Origin: an uncultured virus (IMG/VR IMGVR_UViG_3300049629_000752)
Lineage: Duplodnaviria; Heunggongvirae; Uroviricota; Caudoviricetes
DNA length: 64,000 nt
IMG/VR virus record: IMGVR_UViG_3300049629_000752
Strand: one strand, 5' to 3'
The translations under genes were made by a program, and so were the position numbers. Below, in pieces: positions 29,142 to 39,249 of the stretch. Position 1 is the stretch's first letter; the number at the start of each line of letters is the position of its first letter. The notes below the pieces were generated by a model. It saw nothing but the letters and a program-made list of their open reading frames with translations. It did not search any database and was not told the DNA's origin.

Positions 29142-30589
29142 AGATAGTTGTAATAGGTGGAGGCACTGCTGGATATTTAGCAGCACTTACTATTAAGCAT
29201 AAATATAAAAATTCTGATATTACTATAATAGATAGTTCTAAGATAGGGGTATTAGGTGCTGGAGAGGGGACAACTTCTAACTTTGGTTATATTTTTGATG
29301 AGTTAGAATTACCATTAAATGAATTTATAGAACATACTGGTGCAACATTAAAAAATGGAATAAGATTTACTGGTTGGTCTAAAAGTAACAAATCATATTT
29401 TCATCCACTAACAAACTACATATCGGATAGTGATACAGATAGAAACTTAGCGTTAGAGCAGTTTAAACTTGCATCTATAGAATTAATGTCAAATAGCAAA
29501 AACCTTGATGATATAAACAAAGGTTTATCTGCAACATTAACCAACACACTTTCATGGCCTTATATTGGTTGGCATCTAGATGCAATTAAACTTGCTGAGT
29601 TTTTTAGAAAGCATTCTGAGTTGCGTGGTATAAAAATTATTGATGATGTCTTTACACATTTTGGAGAGTTTGAAGGCAACATTAGCGTTGTGTATACAGA
29701 AAAAGGAAACTATGATTGTAATTTTGTAATAGATGCAACAGGTTTTAAAAATCTAGTTGTTGGAAAACATTTACAGGCAGAGTGGGTAGACACATCTAAA
29801 AGTTTGCCATGCACTAAGGCCCTAGCATTCTTTTTGCCACAAGATGAAAATTATTTTTTATGTACAGAAATAATTGCAATGAAGTACGGATGGGTATGGA
29901 AGACACCACTGAAACATAGATATGGCTGTGGATATGTTTATGATCCATCATACATAAATAAAGAGCAGGCAGAACAAGAAATATATGATTTATTTAAAAA
30001 AGAAGATGTAAAAATAGTAAATCATTTTGATTTTAATCCAGGATACTACAAGCAGCCCTGGTCTAAAAATTGTTTATCTGTAGGGCTTGCTTCTGGATTT
30101 TTTGAGCCTTTACATGCAACATCAATTATGTTAACTATTTATATGATGAGTCTTTTTATATCTGATGAATTTTTGCATAAATTTATAACTGAAAAAGATT
30201 ATTCTGTATTAGAAAAATACAATAATAAAGTATTAGAAAAAAATGAAGAATTGCTAGGGTTTATATATACACATTATTTAACAGATCGAGACGATACAGA
30301 TTTCTGGAAAAACTTTAAACAAAAAAATGTTGTTCCAGAGTACGCCCAAAAAGTGCTGGCTGAATTAGATAATGATTATATATCTAATTTTGTTATTAAC
30401 AATAATAATAAAACATTTGGATATCAGTCATGGATGACTACTTATGTTGGCACAGGACAATTTAATAAAAACAATGCAGTTTCTAACTTGCAAACAAAAG
30501 AGGCATATGATAAACTGTATAAAGAGGCAAAAGAGTTTAAAGGAATAGAGATAGAAGAATATTTTAATAAATATAACTCAACGACTTGA
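29138..30589 (+). CDS. Tryptophan halogenase-like flavin-dependent enzyme
   Basis: IVVIGGGTAG, GAGEGT, ATLKNGI (catalytic Lys position), IDATGF, GWVWKTPL, GLASGFFEPL; ATG 29138 overlaps upstream stop. Confidence 0.88.
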   Translation: MKIVVIGGGTAGYLAALTIKHKYKNSDITIIDSSKIGVLGAGEGTTSNFGYIFDELELPLNEFIEHTGATLKNGIRFTGWSKSNKSYFHPLTNYISDSDTDRNLALEQFKLASIELMSNSKNLDDINKGLSATLTNTLSWPYIGWHLDAIKLAEFFRKHSELRGIKIIDDVFTHFGEFEGNISVVYTEKGNYDCNFVIDATGFKNLVVGKHLQAEWVDTSKSLPCTKALAFFLPQDENYFLCTEIIAMKYGWVWKTPLKHRYGCGYVYDPSYINKEQAEQEIYDLFKKEDVKIVNHFDFNPGYYKQPWSKNCLSVGLASGFFEPLHATSIMLTIYMMSLFISDEFLHKFITEKDYSVLEKYNNKVLEKNEELLGFIYTHYLTDRDDTDFWKNFKQKNVVPEYAQKVLAELDNDYISNFVINNNNKTFGYQSWMTTYVGTGQFNKNNAVSNLQTKEAYDKLYKEAKEFKGIEIEEYFNKYNSTT

Positions 30590-30614
30590 CAAACATAATT
30601 TGCTAGTATATAAT
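30586..30614 (+). promoter_or_regulatory. Consensus sigma70/SigA promoter for ssb-dnaE-recA
   Basis: TTGACA (30586-30591) N17 TATAAT (30609-30614), then AAGGAG SD. Confidence 0.85.
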
Positions 30615-30637
30615 ATAAAAAACAAAGGAGAAAAACT

Positions 30638-31300
30638 ATGAGCGTTATTAAGGGACTCAAAAACATTAATGCCCTGCTCGATAAGAAAACAGACGAGGCT
30701 GGTCCAAAGGTTCGTTGGCTTAAGTTGGCTGATGGACAGGCAGTTAAGATTCGATTCATTGAAGAGTTGGATGAGGATTCAGCAAACTATAACGATAAGC
30801 GTGGACTAGCGCTTGTTGTAAAGGAACATACAAATCCAAAGGACTATAAGCGCAAGGCTGTAGACACAATGGATACAGAAGGTCGTGACTGGGCCGAAGA
30901 AATGTATCGCAAGGATCCAAAGGGTAATAGCGGATGGCGTGGCCGTTTGCGCTTCTACTGCAATGTCCTTGTTGATGATGGAATTGAAGACAAGCCATAC
31001 GTCGCTATCTGGTCAATGGGCGTAAGCAAGCAATCTTCATTTAACATTATTCGTGAATACGCCTTAGAGACTGGCAGTATTTCAAATCTAACATGGAAGT
31101 TAAAGCGTAATGGTCAGGGTACTGAAACATCTTATACTTTAATTCCTTCCGCTCCAGATAAGGAGCCTTTCAATTGGGATGACGTCGAACCATACCCACT
31201 AGAGAAAGCATTGCGTCGTGTTCCATATGCGGAGCAAGAAGCATTCTACCTAGGCTTTGATTCGCCATCTTCTACCTCAGCGACAAACATCGACTGGTAG
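30638..31300 (+). CDS. Single-stranded DNA-binding protein (gp32-like)
   Basis: WLKLADGQAVKIRF, KLKRNGQGTETSYTL, acidic/aromatic C-terminus (NIDW); precedes polymerase. Confidence 0.7.
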   Translation: MSVIKGLKNINALLDKKTDEAGPKVRWLKLADGQAVKIRFIEELDEDSANYNDKRGLALVVKEHTNPKDYKRKAVDTMDTEGRDWAEEMYRKDPKGNSGWRGRLRFYCNVLVDDGIEDKPYVAIWSMGVSKQSSFNIIREYALETGSISNLTWKLKRNGQGTETSYTLIPSAPDKEPFNWDDVEPYPLEKALRRVPYAEQEAFYLGFDSPSSTSATNIDW

Positions 31301-31303
31301 CAG

Positions 31304-34300
31304 ATGAATTACGTACCACTACATTTACATACCCACTTTTCACTATTCGACGGAATTGGGTTGCCGTCTGAATATGTAGAACGTGCTAAAAAACTGGGTA
31401 TGCCAGCAATATCAATTACAGACCATGGCTCCCTTTCTGGCCATAGAGAAATGTATCGTGTTGCTAAGGCAAGTGGTATCAAGCCTATTCTTGGCATAGA
31501 AGGGTACATGTGTGAAGATCGCTTTGACAGAAGAGACAAAGAAGATCGAACTACACCTTTAGACATGGTGTATAACCACATTATCCTTCTAGCCAAGAAT
31601 AAAGTTGGCTTAGAAAATCTAAACAAGTTAAACGAAATTGCATGGACAGAAGGCTATTATAAAAAGCCAAGAATAGATTTTGAAATCCTTGCAAAGTATA
31701 AAGAAGGAATTATTGTTTCTTCTGCATGTCCAAGTGGAATCATTGCAAAATCAATTGAACTTGGAGAACTTGGCATGGCAAAAAAATATATTAAATGGTT
31801 TAAAGAGCAGTTCGGCGATGATTATTATCTTGAAGTAATGCCACATAATGATGAGTCAATTAATAGAAATATATTATTGTTGGCTGATGAGTTTAATGTT
31901 AAGCCAATAGTTACACCAGACTGTCACCATGTAGACCCATCACAAAAAGAAATTCAAGAATTAAAACTTATCCTAAATACATACTCAAATAAGATTCAGA
32001 AAGATGCCACATACGAAAAGTCTAAAAAGCAGGGTGACTTGATGAAACGTCTTGACTATTTGTATGGTGCAGATAGACAGATGTCATTTAATAAGTTTGA
32101 TATTCATTTACTTTCATATGAAGAGATTCAGGCTGCGATGGAGAAACAGGCAATTTGGAGAACTGACATATATGAAAATACAATTGAACTTGCAAATAAG
32201 ATTGAAGACTACGACATACAGGATGGGCTTAACTTATTGCCAGTTCAATATAAGAACCCAGATAAACAATTAGAAGATCTTGCTATGGCTGGCTTGACTG
32301 AAAAAGGTTTAAGTAATAACAAAGAGTATATAGATAGACTTCAGGAAGAGTTACAGGTTATTAAGGATAAAAAGTTTGGTCCTTACTTCCTTGTTGTACA
32401 AAGTATGATCTCATGGGCTAAAAAGGAAGGCATCATGGTTGGTCCAGGTCGTGGATCTTCCGCAGGATCATTGTTATGCTATGCCCTAGGTATTACTGAT
32501 ATCGATCCAATTAAACATGGGTTGCTGTTCTTCCGCTTTATTAATCCTGAGCGTAATGACTTTCCAGATATTGATACAGATATTCAGGACTCTCGTCGTG
32601 ATGAAGTAAAGGACTATCTTGTAAGACAGTATAAGCATGTAGCATCTATTGCAACATTTTTAGAATTCAAGGATAAGGGAGTGGTGCGAGATGTAGCCCG
32701 TGCACTAAATATCCCATTGGTTGATGTTAATAAAGTTTTAAAGTTAGTAGATACTTGGGATGAGTATTGTACTTCAAAAACAACAGCATGGTTTAGAGAA
32801 AAATATCCAGAGGTGGAAGAATATGGAGAACAACTTCGTGGTCGTATTAGAGGTACTGGCATACACGCTGCTGGTGTTGTCACTAGCAAAAATCCTATTT
32901 TTAGGTACGCACCGTTGGAGACACGTAATTCTCCTGGCTCCGATGAGCGTATTCCTGTTGTGGCGGTTGACATGGAAGAGGCTGAAAAGATCGGACTCAT
33001 CAAGATCGACGCCCTTGGACTTAAAACATTAAGTGTTATTAATGACACTATAAAAATTATTAAAGAAAGAGAGGGTATAGATATTAATCTTTTAGACATC
33101 GATATGGATGATCAAAAGGTTTATCAAATGCTTTCAGAGGGTTATACCAAGGGTGTGTTCCAGTGTGAAGCAACGCCTTATACAAACCTTCTAGTTAAAA
33201 TGGGAGTAAAAAATCTAGCAGAGTTGTCAGCCTCCAACGCCTTGGTAAGACCAGGAGCAATGAATACTATTGGTAAAGACTATATTGAAAGAAAGCATGG
33301 AAGGCAGGCTGTAAATTACTTGCATCAAACCATGAAGCCTTTCACAGAAGAAACATATGGGTGTATCCTATACCAAGAGCAGGTTATGCAGGCATGCGTA
33401 GAACTTGGTGGTATGTCATGGTCTGAGGCTGATAAGGTTCGAAAGATCATTGGTAAAAAGAAAGATGCTAGGGAGTTTGATGTTTTTCGTGATAAGTTTG
33501 TTGATGGTGCCTCTAAGTTTATTAATCCTAATCAGGCTCGTGATTTATGGCATGACTTTGAGGCGCATGCGGGTTATTCGTTCAACAAGTCTCATGCGGT
33601 TGCTTACTCTACACTCTCGTATTGGACGGCGTGGTTAAAATATTATTACCCAATTGAGTTTATGTATTCTCTATTAAAAAACGAAAGGGATAAAGATGCG
33701 AGAACTGAATATCTTATTGAAGCGAAAAGAATGGGGATTAGCATTAAACTACCTCATATTAACGATTCGGATATCGATTTTAAAATTGAGGGTAAGGGTA
33801 TTCGGTTTGGACTGTCGGGGATCAAGTTTATCTCTGATAAGATTGCAGAACGATATATATCGGCACGACCTTTTAAGTCTTTCGAAGAAGTTAAAACCTT
33901 TACATTTACGAAAGGTAATGGAGTCAACAGCAGAGCATTAGAGGCATTACGAATAATTGGTGCTGCCACATTTCCAGATAATCCAAGAAATGATGAAGAA
34001 CTTCGTGAAAATCTATATGAGTATTTAGGCTTACCAGAGTTTACTCAAACAGTTCCTTCCCACTACCATGCGTTTATCAATCCAGTAGAAGATTTTGAAG
34101 AAAAAGGATCCTTCATTCTTATGGGCATGGTTAAAGGAATAAAGAGAGGAAAAGGATGGTCTCGTGTTGAGATATTAGATAAAACTGGAAGCATCGGTAT
34201 TTTTGATGAAGAGCAAACTACGATAGAGGCAGGAAGAAGTTATTTAGTATTATGTAATGATAATAGAATTGTAAGTGCGGTTCCAGTTGATGAGATAAAA

Positions 34301-34582
34301 AATTCAGATGCAGCATTAGTTAAGTTTTTAAATTATAGAATGCTTCCTTACAAAGATGATGAGTTGTTTGTGGTATCCTTTAAATCAAGGATAACAAAGG
34401 CAGGGAAAAAGATGGCTTCTCTGACTCTAGCAGATACCTCTAGAGAGTTACATTCAGTAACAGTATTCCCTACAGCATTTGCTAAGGCATACATGAAAAT
34501 TGAAGAGGGACAGGCTTATAAGTTTGAGTTTGGAAAAACAAAAGATGGAACCGTTATATTGGAGGATGTAAATGTCGGTTAG
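31304..34582 (+). CDS. dnaE: DNA polymerase III alpha subunit
   Basis: PHP LHLHTHFS/ITDHG, GPGRGSSAGS, PDIDTD, HAAGVV, KIDALGL, YSFNKSHA, C-terminal OB fold. Confidence 0.97.
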   Translation: MNYVPLHLHTHFSLFDGIGLPSEYVERAKKLGMPAISITDHGSLSGHREMYRVAKASGIKPILGIEGYMCEDRFDRRDKEDRTTPLDMVYNHIILLAKNKVGLENLNKLNEIAWTEGYYKKPRIDFEILAKYKEGIIVSSACPSGIIAKSIELGELGMAKKYIKWFKEQFGDDYYLEVMPHNDESINRNILLLADEFNVKPIVTPDCHHVDPSQKEIQELKLILNTYSNKIQKDATYEKSKKQGDLMKRLDYLYGADRQMSFNKFDIHLLSYEEIQAAMEKQAIWRTDIYENTIELANKIEDYDIQDGLNLLPVQYKNPDKQLEDLAMAGLTEKGLSNNKEYIDRLQEELQVIKDKKFGPYFLVVQSMISWAKKEGIMVGPGRGSSAGSLLCYALGITDIDPIKHGLLFFRFINPERNDFPDIDTDIQDSRRDEVKDYLVRQYKHVASIATFLEFKDKGVVRDVARALNIPLVDVNKVLKLVDTWDEYCTSKTTAWFREKYPEVEEYGEQLRGRIRGTGIHAAGVVTSKNPIFRYAPLETRNSPGSDERIPVVAVDMEEAEKIGLIKIDALGLKTLSVINDTIKIIKEREGIDINLLDIDMDDQKVYQMLSEGYTKGVFQCEATPYTNLLVKMGVKNLAELSASNALVRPGAMNTIGKDYIERKHGRQAVNYLHQTMKPFTEETYGCILYQEQVMQACVELGGMSWSEADKVRKIIGKKKDAREFDVFRDKFVDGASKFINPNQARDLWHDFEAHAGYSFNKSHAVAYSTLSYWTAWLKYYYPIEFMYSLLKNERDKDARTEYLIEAKRMGISIKLPHINDSDIDFKIEGKGIRFGLSGIKFISDKIAERYISARPFKSFEEVKTFTFTKGNGVNSRALEALRIIGAATFPDNPRNDEELRENLYEYLGLPEFTQTVPSHYHAFINPVEDFEEKGSFILMGMVKGIKRGKGWSRVEILDKTGSIGIFDEEQTTIEAGRSYLVLCNDNRIVSAVPVDEIKNSDAALVKFLNYRMLPYKDDELFVVSFKSRITKAGKKMASLTLADTSRELHSVTVFPTAFAKAYMKIEEGQAYKFEFGKTKDGTVILEDVNVG

Positions 34583-35585
34583 TATTGAAGATGTAATAGC
34601 ACAATTAAATCCTAAACTAAGAAAAAGTATTTTAGTAGGAGATGAAGTACCAAAGACAGAGTACGCTGCAACACCTAGTTATGGACTAAACCGTGCTTTA
34701 AATGGGGGGCTACCATATGGAAGACAGGTCTTAGTTTGGGGAAGCAAGTCAAGCGCAAAGTCATCTCTATGTTTACAAACAATCGCTCTTGCACAAAAAG
34801 AAGGAAAGGTTTGTGCTTGGATTGATGCAGAAATGTCATATGACAAAGAGTGGGCCGAGAAATTAGGGGTTGACACTTCAAAGTTAATTGTGTCACAAGC
34901 AAGAACTATTAATGAGATGGTAGATATAGGAGTTAACTTAATAGAGGCTGGGGTTGATATTATAGTAGTTGATTCTATAACTTCTTTGCTTCCTGCTATT
35001 TATTTTGAAAAAGATTCAACAGAATTAAAGCAATTAGAAAATACAAAACAGATAGGTGCTGAGTCTCGTGACTTTAGCAACGCATGGAAAATGCTTAACT
35101 ATGCAAATAATAAAATTAAGCCAACGCTATTGTTATTAATCAGTCAATCACGAAATAATATTAATGCAATGTATACTAGTCAGCAACCAACTGGCGGTCA
35201 GGCTACAAAATTTTATTCTTCAACCATAATTAAATTATTTTCATCAGAATCAGAAAATCAAGCACTTAAGGGAAAAATATATGTTGGCGACAAGGCTATT
35301 GAAGAGAAAATTGGTAGAAAGATTAGATGGGACCTACAGTTTTCTAAAACCAGTCCTGCTTTTCAGTCTGGTGAATATGATTTCTATTTTAGAGGCGATA
35401 CTGTGGGCATTGATGGGATCGCTGATCTTGTTGACACTGCTGAGTTGATGGGTATAGTTGAGCGTACAGGTGCATGGTATCTTCTTCCAGACGGATCTAA
35501 GGTTCAAGGAAGAGATGGTTTCGTTAATAGAGTAAGAGAGGATCTTGATCTACAAGACATGATTAAGAGCAAGATTAGTGGATAA
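34572..35585 (+). CDS. recA: RecA/UvsX-like recombinase
   Basis: GGLPYGR, variant Walker A GSKSSAKS, WIDAE, IVVDSI, TGGQATKFYSS, GAWY. Confidence 0.9.
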   Translation: MSVSIEDVIAQLNPKLRKSILVGDEVPKTEYAATPSYGLNRALNGGLPYGRQVLVWGSKSSAKSSLCLQTIALAQKEGKVCAWIDAEMSYDKEWAEKLGVDTSKLIVSQARTINEMVDIGVNLIEAGVDIIVVDSITSLLPAIYFEKDSTELKQLENTKQIGAESRDFSNAWKMLNYANNKIKPTLLLLISQSRNNINAMYTSQQPTGGQATKFYSSTIIKLFSSESENQALKGKIYVGDKAIEEKIGRKIRWDLQFSKTSPAFQSGEYDFYFRGDTVGIDGIADLVDTAELMGIVERTGAWYLLPDGSKVQGRDGFVNRVREDLDLQDMIKSKISG

Positions 35586-35754
35586 ATATTCTATTTATGA
35601 GGGAAAGTTTCCTTGTAAAACTTGTAAGAAAGAAGTAAAGACTATAAGAATTTATAAGGCTACTGGCATGGCCTCTTGGATGTGTCCAGATAAACATTTG
35701 TCAGAAGCAGAACTTTTTAAAGTAGGATATAAAAAGAAGAAAATTCATGAGTGA
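35578..35754 (+). CDS. Small zinc-ribbon-like protein (58 aa, not in ORF track)
   Basis: Manual translation MDKYSIYEGKFPCKTCKKEV...WMCPDKHLSEAELF...; fills recA-resolvase gap and overlaps both. Confidence 0.65.
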   Translation: MDKYSIYEGKFPCKTCKKEVKTIRIYKATGMASWMCPDKHLSEAELFKVGYKKKKIHE

Positions 35755-36031
35755 AAAAAACGAAAGCAAAAGAATAGGTGCTAAACAGCATAAAAATTCT
35801 GGACGTGGCATTAAAAAGGGAGACGCCACATGGAAGAATTTTACAGTAGACTTTAAAGAAAATAAAAAGTCTTTTACCTTAAACCAAGATGTTTGGGCTA
35901 AGGCAACCACTGATGCTATCAAAAATAATAATGATCCAGCAATAGTTGTTGTTTTGGGAGAAGGAAATAGAAAGACACGTCTGGCTATTATAGAACTTGA
36001 CTTATTAGACTCTTTGATTGATGAGGTATAA
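35747..36031 (+). CDS. PD-(D/E)xK Holliday junction resolvase-like nuclease
   Basis: SE..E..R, NSGRG..KGD, VDFKE motif. Confidence 0.65.
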   Translation: MSEKNESKRIGAKQHKNSGRGIKKGDATWKNFTVDFKENKKSFTLNQDVWAKATTDAIKNNNDPAIVVVLGEGNRKTRLAIIELDLLDSLIDEV

Positions 36032-36038
36032 TGTATAT

Positions 36039-36677
36039 ATGACACCTATTGCGTCTAATGTATTTACAGATAATCAAATTGCTGCAATATATGACAGTAT
36101 AAACAAAGAGTTTGATAATCGTGAAGTCGTGGAGTGGTATGATTCGGCAATGGGTCATGAGTACCCAAAAGATAAAAAGTTTATTGCCATTAAAAAAGAG
36201 GGGTTATCTAGGCTAGATATAGATAGGCTTAATCTGCCAGATGATGTTATTATGTCTGCAAAACTATCTGCTATAGAGATTGGTAATAAGATAGGTGTTT
36301 CTGTTAAAGATGTCGTAGGAGTTACATATGTGGAGTATAGTCCAAAATATGGAGGATCTCCTTTTTTAAACCCACATAAAGATGCTGAGGGAGAATCAGA
36401 GTTTATTTTAGATTATCAGTTAGATGCCAACACAGGTTGGGATATTGGAATAAATAAAGACATATACTCATTAAATAATAACGATGCTTTAGGCATATTA
36501 ACAACAAAGAACTATCATTGGAGAAAGAAAAAAGACTGGAATCCTGATGAGTATGTTAAGATGTTATTTTTTCATATAGTTTTAGAAGATAAAAGTATTA
36601 AGGATTCTGAATATTCTAAGGAAGAAATTTTTAGTTTTGCAGAACAATATAACGGAGGAAAAAATGAGACACGATGA
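36039..36677 (+). CDS. 2OG-Fe(II) oxygenase-like protein, paralog 1
   Basis: LNPHKD...LDYQL..N..W...HWR...MLFFH. Confidence 0.65.
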   Translation: MTPIASNVFTDNQIAAIYDSINKEFDNREVVEWYDSAMGHEYPKDKKFIAIKKEGLSRLDIDRLNLPDDVIMSAKLSAIEIGNKIGVSVKDVVGVTYVEYSPKYGGSPFLNPHKDAEGESEFILDYQLDANTGWDIGINKDIYSLNNNDALGILTTKNYHWRKKKDWNPDEYVKMLFFHIVLEDKSIKDSEYSKEEIFSFAEQYNGGKNETR

Positions 36678-37281
36678 AAATAATGTAATAGTTGATGATA
36701 TCTTAAACCAAGATGGCATCAATTCTGTAAGGGCTTCTATTTCTAGAAGTACTGGCGGTAACTTTGTTCAGGAACATTGTCAGGCCAACCTATTCATAGA
36801 ACTTGAACAGGAGGTTGTAAAAAAGTTTACCAAGGTAGCACGACTTGTCAGTGGAAATGATAACTTGGTATTGACTGAACATTGTTTTGCTAGATATGAA
36901 AATGTTACTAGTAATTGTGGAAAGTTTCATTTTAAGCCGTCACTATTTCCACATTATGACGAAACATTCAAGGAGCCTAGATTTACTTTTGATTATCAGT
37001 TAAGTTCTAATATTAGTTGGCCACTTGTTGTTGAGCCAGATAAAGAATTTGTTCTAAAGGATAATCAGGCCGTAACCTTTAGCGGAACACATCAAGTACA
37101 CTGGAGAAAGCCTACCTTATTTAAAGATGGTGATTTTGTAGAAATGATTTTTTGTCATTTCTCAGACCCAACCTTTGGTCCAAAACAGGAGGGTCTAAAT
37201 AAGATTATGGATGAAAAGGTTGCCTCTTATCGTAAAGCATACTTTGATCAAGGAGGATGGACCAATGGCTCAACTTCATGA
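36664..37281 (+). CDS. 2OG-Fe(II) oxygenase-like protein, paralog 2
   Basis: LFPHYD...FDYQL..N..W...HWR...MIFCH; SD GGAGG before ATG 36664. Confidence 0.7.
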   Translation: MRHDENNVIVDDILNQDGINSVRASISRSTGGNFVQEHCQANLFIELEQEVVKKFTKVARLVSGNDNLVLTEHCFARYENVTSNCGKFHFKPSLFPHYDETFKEPRFTFDYQLSSNISWPLVVEPDKEFVLKDNQAVTFSGTHQVHWRKPTLFKDGDFVEMIFCHFSDPTFGPKQEGLNKIMDEKVASYRKAYFDQGGWTNGSTS

Positions 37282-38053
37282 TTATTTAACTGGTTTTGAT
37301 AAATATAATAGACCATTACCATTTTATATAGACAATCTATTTACTGAAGACCAAAACAATAGGATAATGTCTCTTATAGAAGAGAATAGGAAACTTGAAC
37401 CTTTTATTATTGGAGATAGAATTGAAGATGGATATATTAGAAATTCTCCATTTAAAAGTAGGTTCCAGCCCAAAATAGCAAAAAATATGTCAAGAGTTCT
37501 AATTGAATTTGACATGCCAGAAGATTGCGAGGCTGTGCTAGATAATATTGCAAAGCCATTATATAAAGGAGACATAGCATTATGTCACTGGAACTATATA
37601 GACTATAACCTGAAGTATGGATATGGCGATAATAGTCCAGCACTTCCTCCTCATTTAGATGCAGATGAAAACTTAGTAACAATTAACTACTGCCCAAATA
37701 CTAACATAGAATGGGATTTATATGTTGGTAATTGGAATGATACTGGAAACTTTACTAAGTACACCCTTGGTCCTGGTCAAACAATAGTATTCAGTGCAGT
37801 TAATCAGATACACTGGAGACCTAAGCGTAAGTTTAAAGAGGGAGAGTTCTGCGAAATTATTAGCATGGATTATTGCCCTACTAATAGTTATAGATTTACA
37901 GGTGAGGAAAATCCGATAGATCCAGAAAAATATCCAGGTAAAAGAAAAGAATACTTAGATAAATTACAAGCAAGACCAGATATGCAGGCTGCTTTTAGGA
38001 TTTGGGCAGAAGATGGTTTGCGAGACGGAATACCAAGAGAATCGATGGGGTAA
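37265..38053 (+). CDS. 2OG-Fe(II) oxygenase-like protein, paralog 3
   Basis: LPPHLD...INY...N..W...HWR; SD AGGAGG before ATG 37265. Confidence 0.7.
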   Translation: MAQLHDYLTGFDKYNRPLPFYIDNLFTEDQNNRIMSLIEENRKLEPFIIGDRIEDGYIRNSPFKSRFQPKIAKNMSRVLIEFDMPEDCEAVLDNIAKPLYKGDIALCHWNYIDYNLKYGYGDNSPALPPHLDADENLVTINYCPNTNIEWDLYVGNWNDTGNFTKYTLGPGQTIVFSAVNQIHWRPKRKFKEGEFCEIISMDYCPTNSYRFTGEENPIDPEKYPGKRKEYLDKLQARPDMQAAFRIWAEDGLRDGIPRESMG

Positions 38054-38358
38054 TGGAACAACAACAAACAACACTAGAAATGATCAATGGGCTATCAGAA
38101 ATATCAGAGTATATGAATGATGAGGAATTTACTACGGCATTAACAGTAATTGCAAAATTAATCATAAAGCCAGATATTCCAATGAATGTGGCCACTCTAG
38201 AGATTGTTAGACTTCAGGCTATAGCCTCTAAGATGGCACTACGTGCAACTTGGATGGCTAACGTAGACAAATCTAACCGTGGTCAAAAAAATCTATATTA
38301 CACAGCAGCAGAGTCTATTAATAACTTAGTGTCTGCATTAAAATACATAACTCGCTAA
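38053..38358 (+). CDS. Hypothetical protein
   Basis: ORF track; likely start ATG 38053 coupled to upstream stop. Confidence 0.6.
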   Translation: MEQQQTTLEMINGLSEISEYMNDEEFTTALTVIAKLIIKPDIPMNVATLEIVRLQAIASKMALRATWMANVDKSNRGQKNLYYTAAESINNLVSALKYITR

Positions 38359-38391
38359 GATCTGATATAATTAATTTAAACAAAGGAAAAC

Positions 38392-39249
38392 ATGGCTAAA
38401 AATTTATTACAACAAGTAATGTTAAAAGAAAGCAAGGCAAGCACTAAGCCCCAAGAAGATGTAAGTTTTATTGACGGCTTAATAGAAAAAATAGAGTCTG
38501 GTTACTTAACAAAAACCAAGCCTAAGTTTCAAAAGAAAAATAATTTCTCTGCATCTGCTTTAACATATGGAGCAGGAGAATGTCCTAGATACTGGTATCT
38601 AGCATTTGATGGTGCGGTTCATTACGATAACTCTGATGCATTTGGTGTGGCAAATAGAACTAACGGCTCTCTTGGACACGGAAGAATTCAGGAGGCTATT
38701 GAGGCATCTGGACTTTTAGACGAAACAATGGAAATGGATCCATTGCAAAGAAAGTATAACAAGCAAACACACCCAGCAATGGAGTTCAGAGTTAAAATAG
38801 ATGATCCTCCTTTTGACGGCTATGGCGATGTAATGCTTAATATTAACAATGAGAGAGTCGTTGGAGAAATTAAAACTATCTCTAACGAGGGTTTTGAGTA
38901 TAAAAAGAATAGCAGAAAGCCTAAGATGGGTCATCTTATGCAGTTGCTAATTTACATGAAGGTTTGGGGAATCAAGAAGGGCGTAATGATTTATGAAAAT
39001 AAAAACAATCACGAACTTCTAACTCTACCAATAATAGTAAACGATCATTACCGTCGGTGGGTAGACCAGGCATTTGATTGGATGAAGACAGTGTATAAGA
39101 GTTGGCAGGACAAAGAACTGCCTCAGAAACCATATAGGTCTAACTCTAAAATATGCAAGGTTTGTCCAATTCAAAAAGCATGCGCTGAAGCAGAGACAGG
39201 GGTAATTAAAATTAAACCTCTGGAGTTACTGCAAAATGAAGAACTGTAA
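38392..39249 (+). CDS. Cas4-like PD-(D/E)xK exonuclease
   Basis: SAS...CPRYWY, G..GH, DGYGD, GEIKT, QLLIY, CKVCPIQKAC (1+3 Cys Fe-S pattern). Confidence 0.85.
   Translation: MAKNLLQQVMLKESKASTKPQEDVSFIDGLIEKIESGYLTKTKPKFQKKNNFSASALTYGAGECPRYWYLAFDGAVHYDNSDAFGVANRTNGSLGHGRIQEAIEASGLLDETMEMDPLQRKYNKQTHPAMEFRVKIDDPPFDGYGDVMLNINNERVVGEIKTISNEGFEYKKNSRKPKMGHLMQLLIYMKVWGIKKGVMIYENKNNHELLTLPIIVNDHYRRWVDQAFDWMKTVYKSWQDKELPQKPYRSNSKICKVCPIQKACAEAETGVIKIKPLELLQNEEL

Noticed and set aside
32052..33941. Several alternate-frame + ORFs and CG-richer codon patches inside dnaE
   Set aside because: DnaE is continuous with all motifs; the short ORFs lack SDs and motifs; a compositional shift cannot be established by eye
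38392..39249. Cas4-like gene as sign of a CRISPR-Cas system
   Set aside because: No repeat-spacer array or other cas genes seen; solo Cas4-like nucleases are common in phage replication modules
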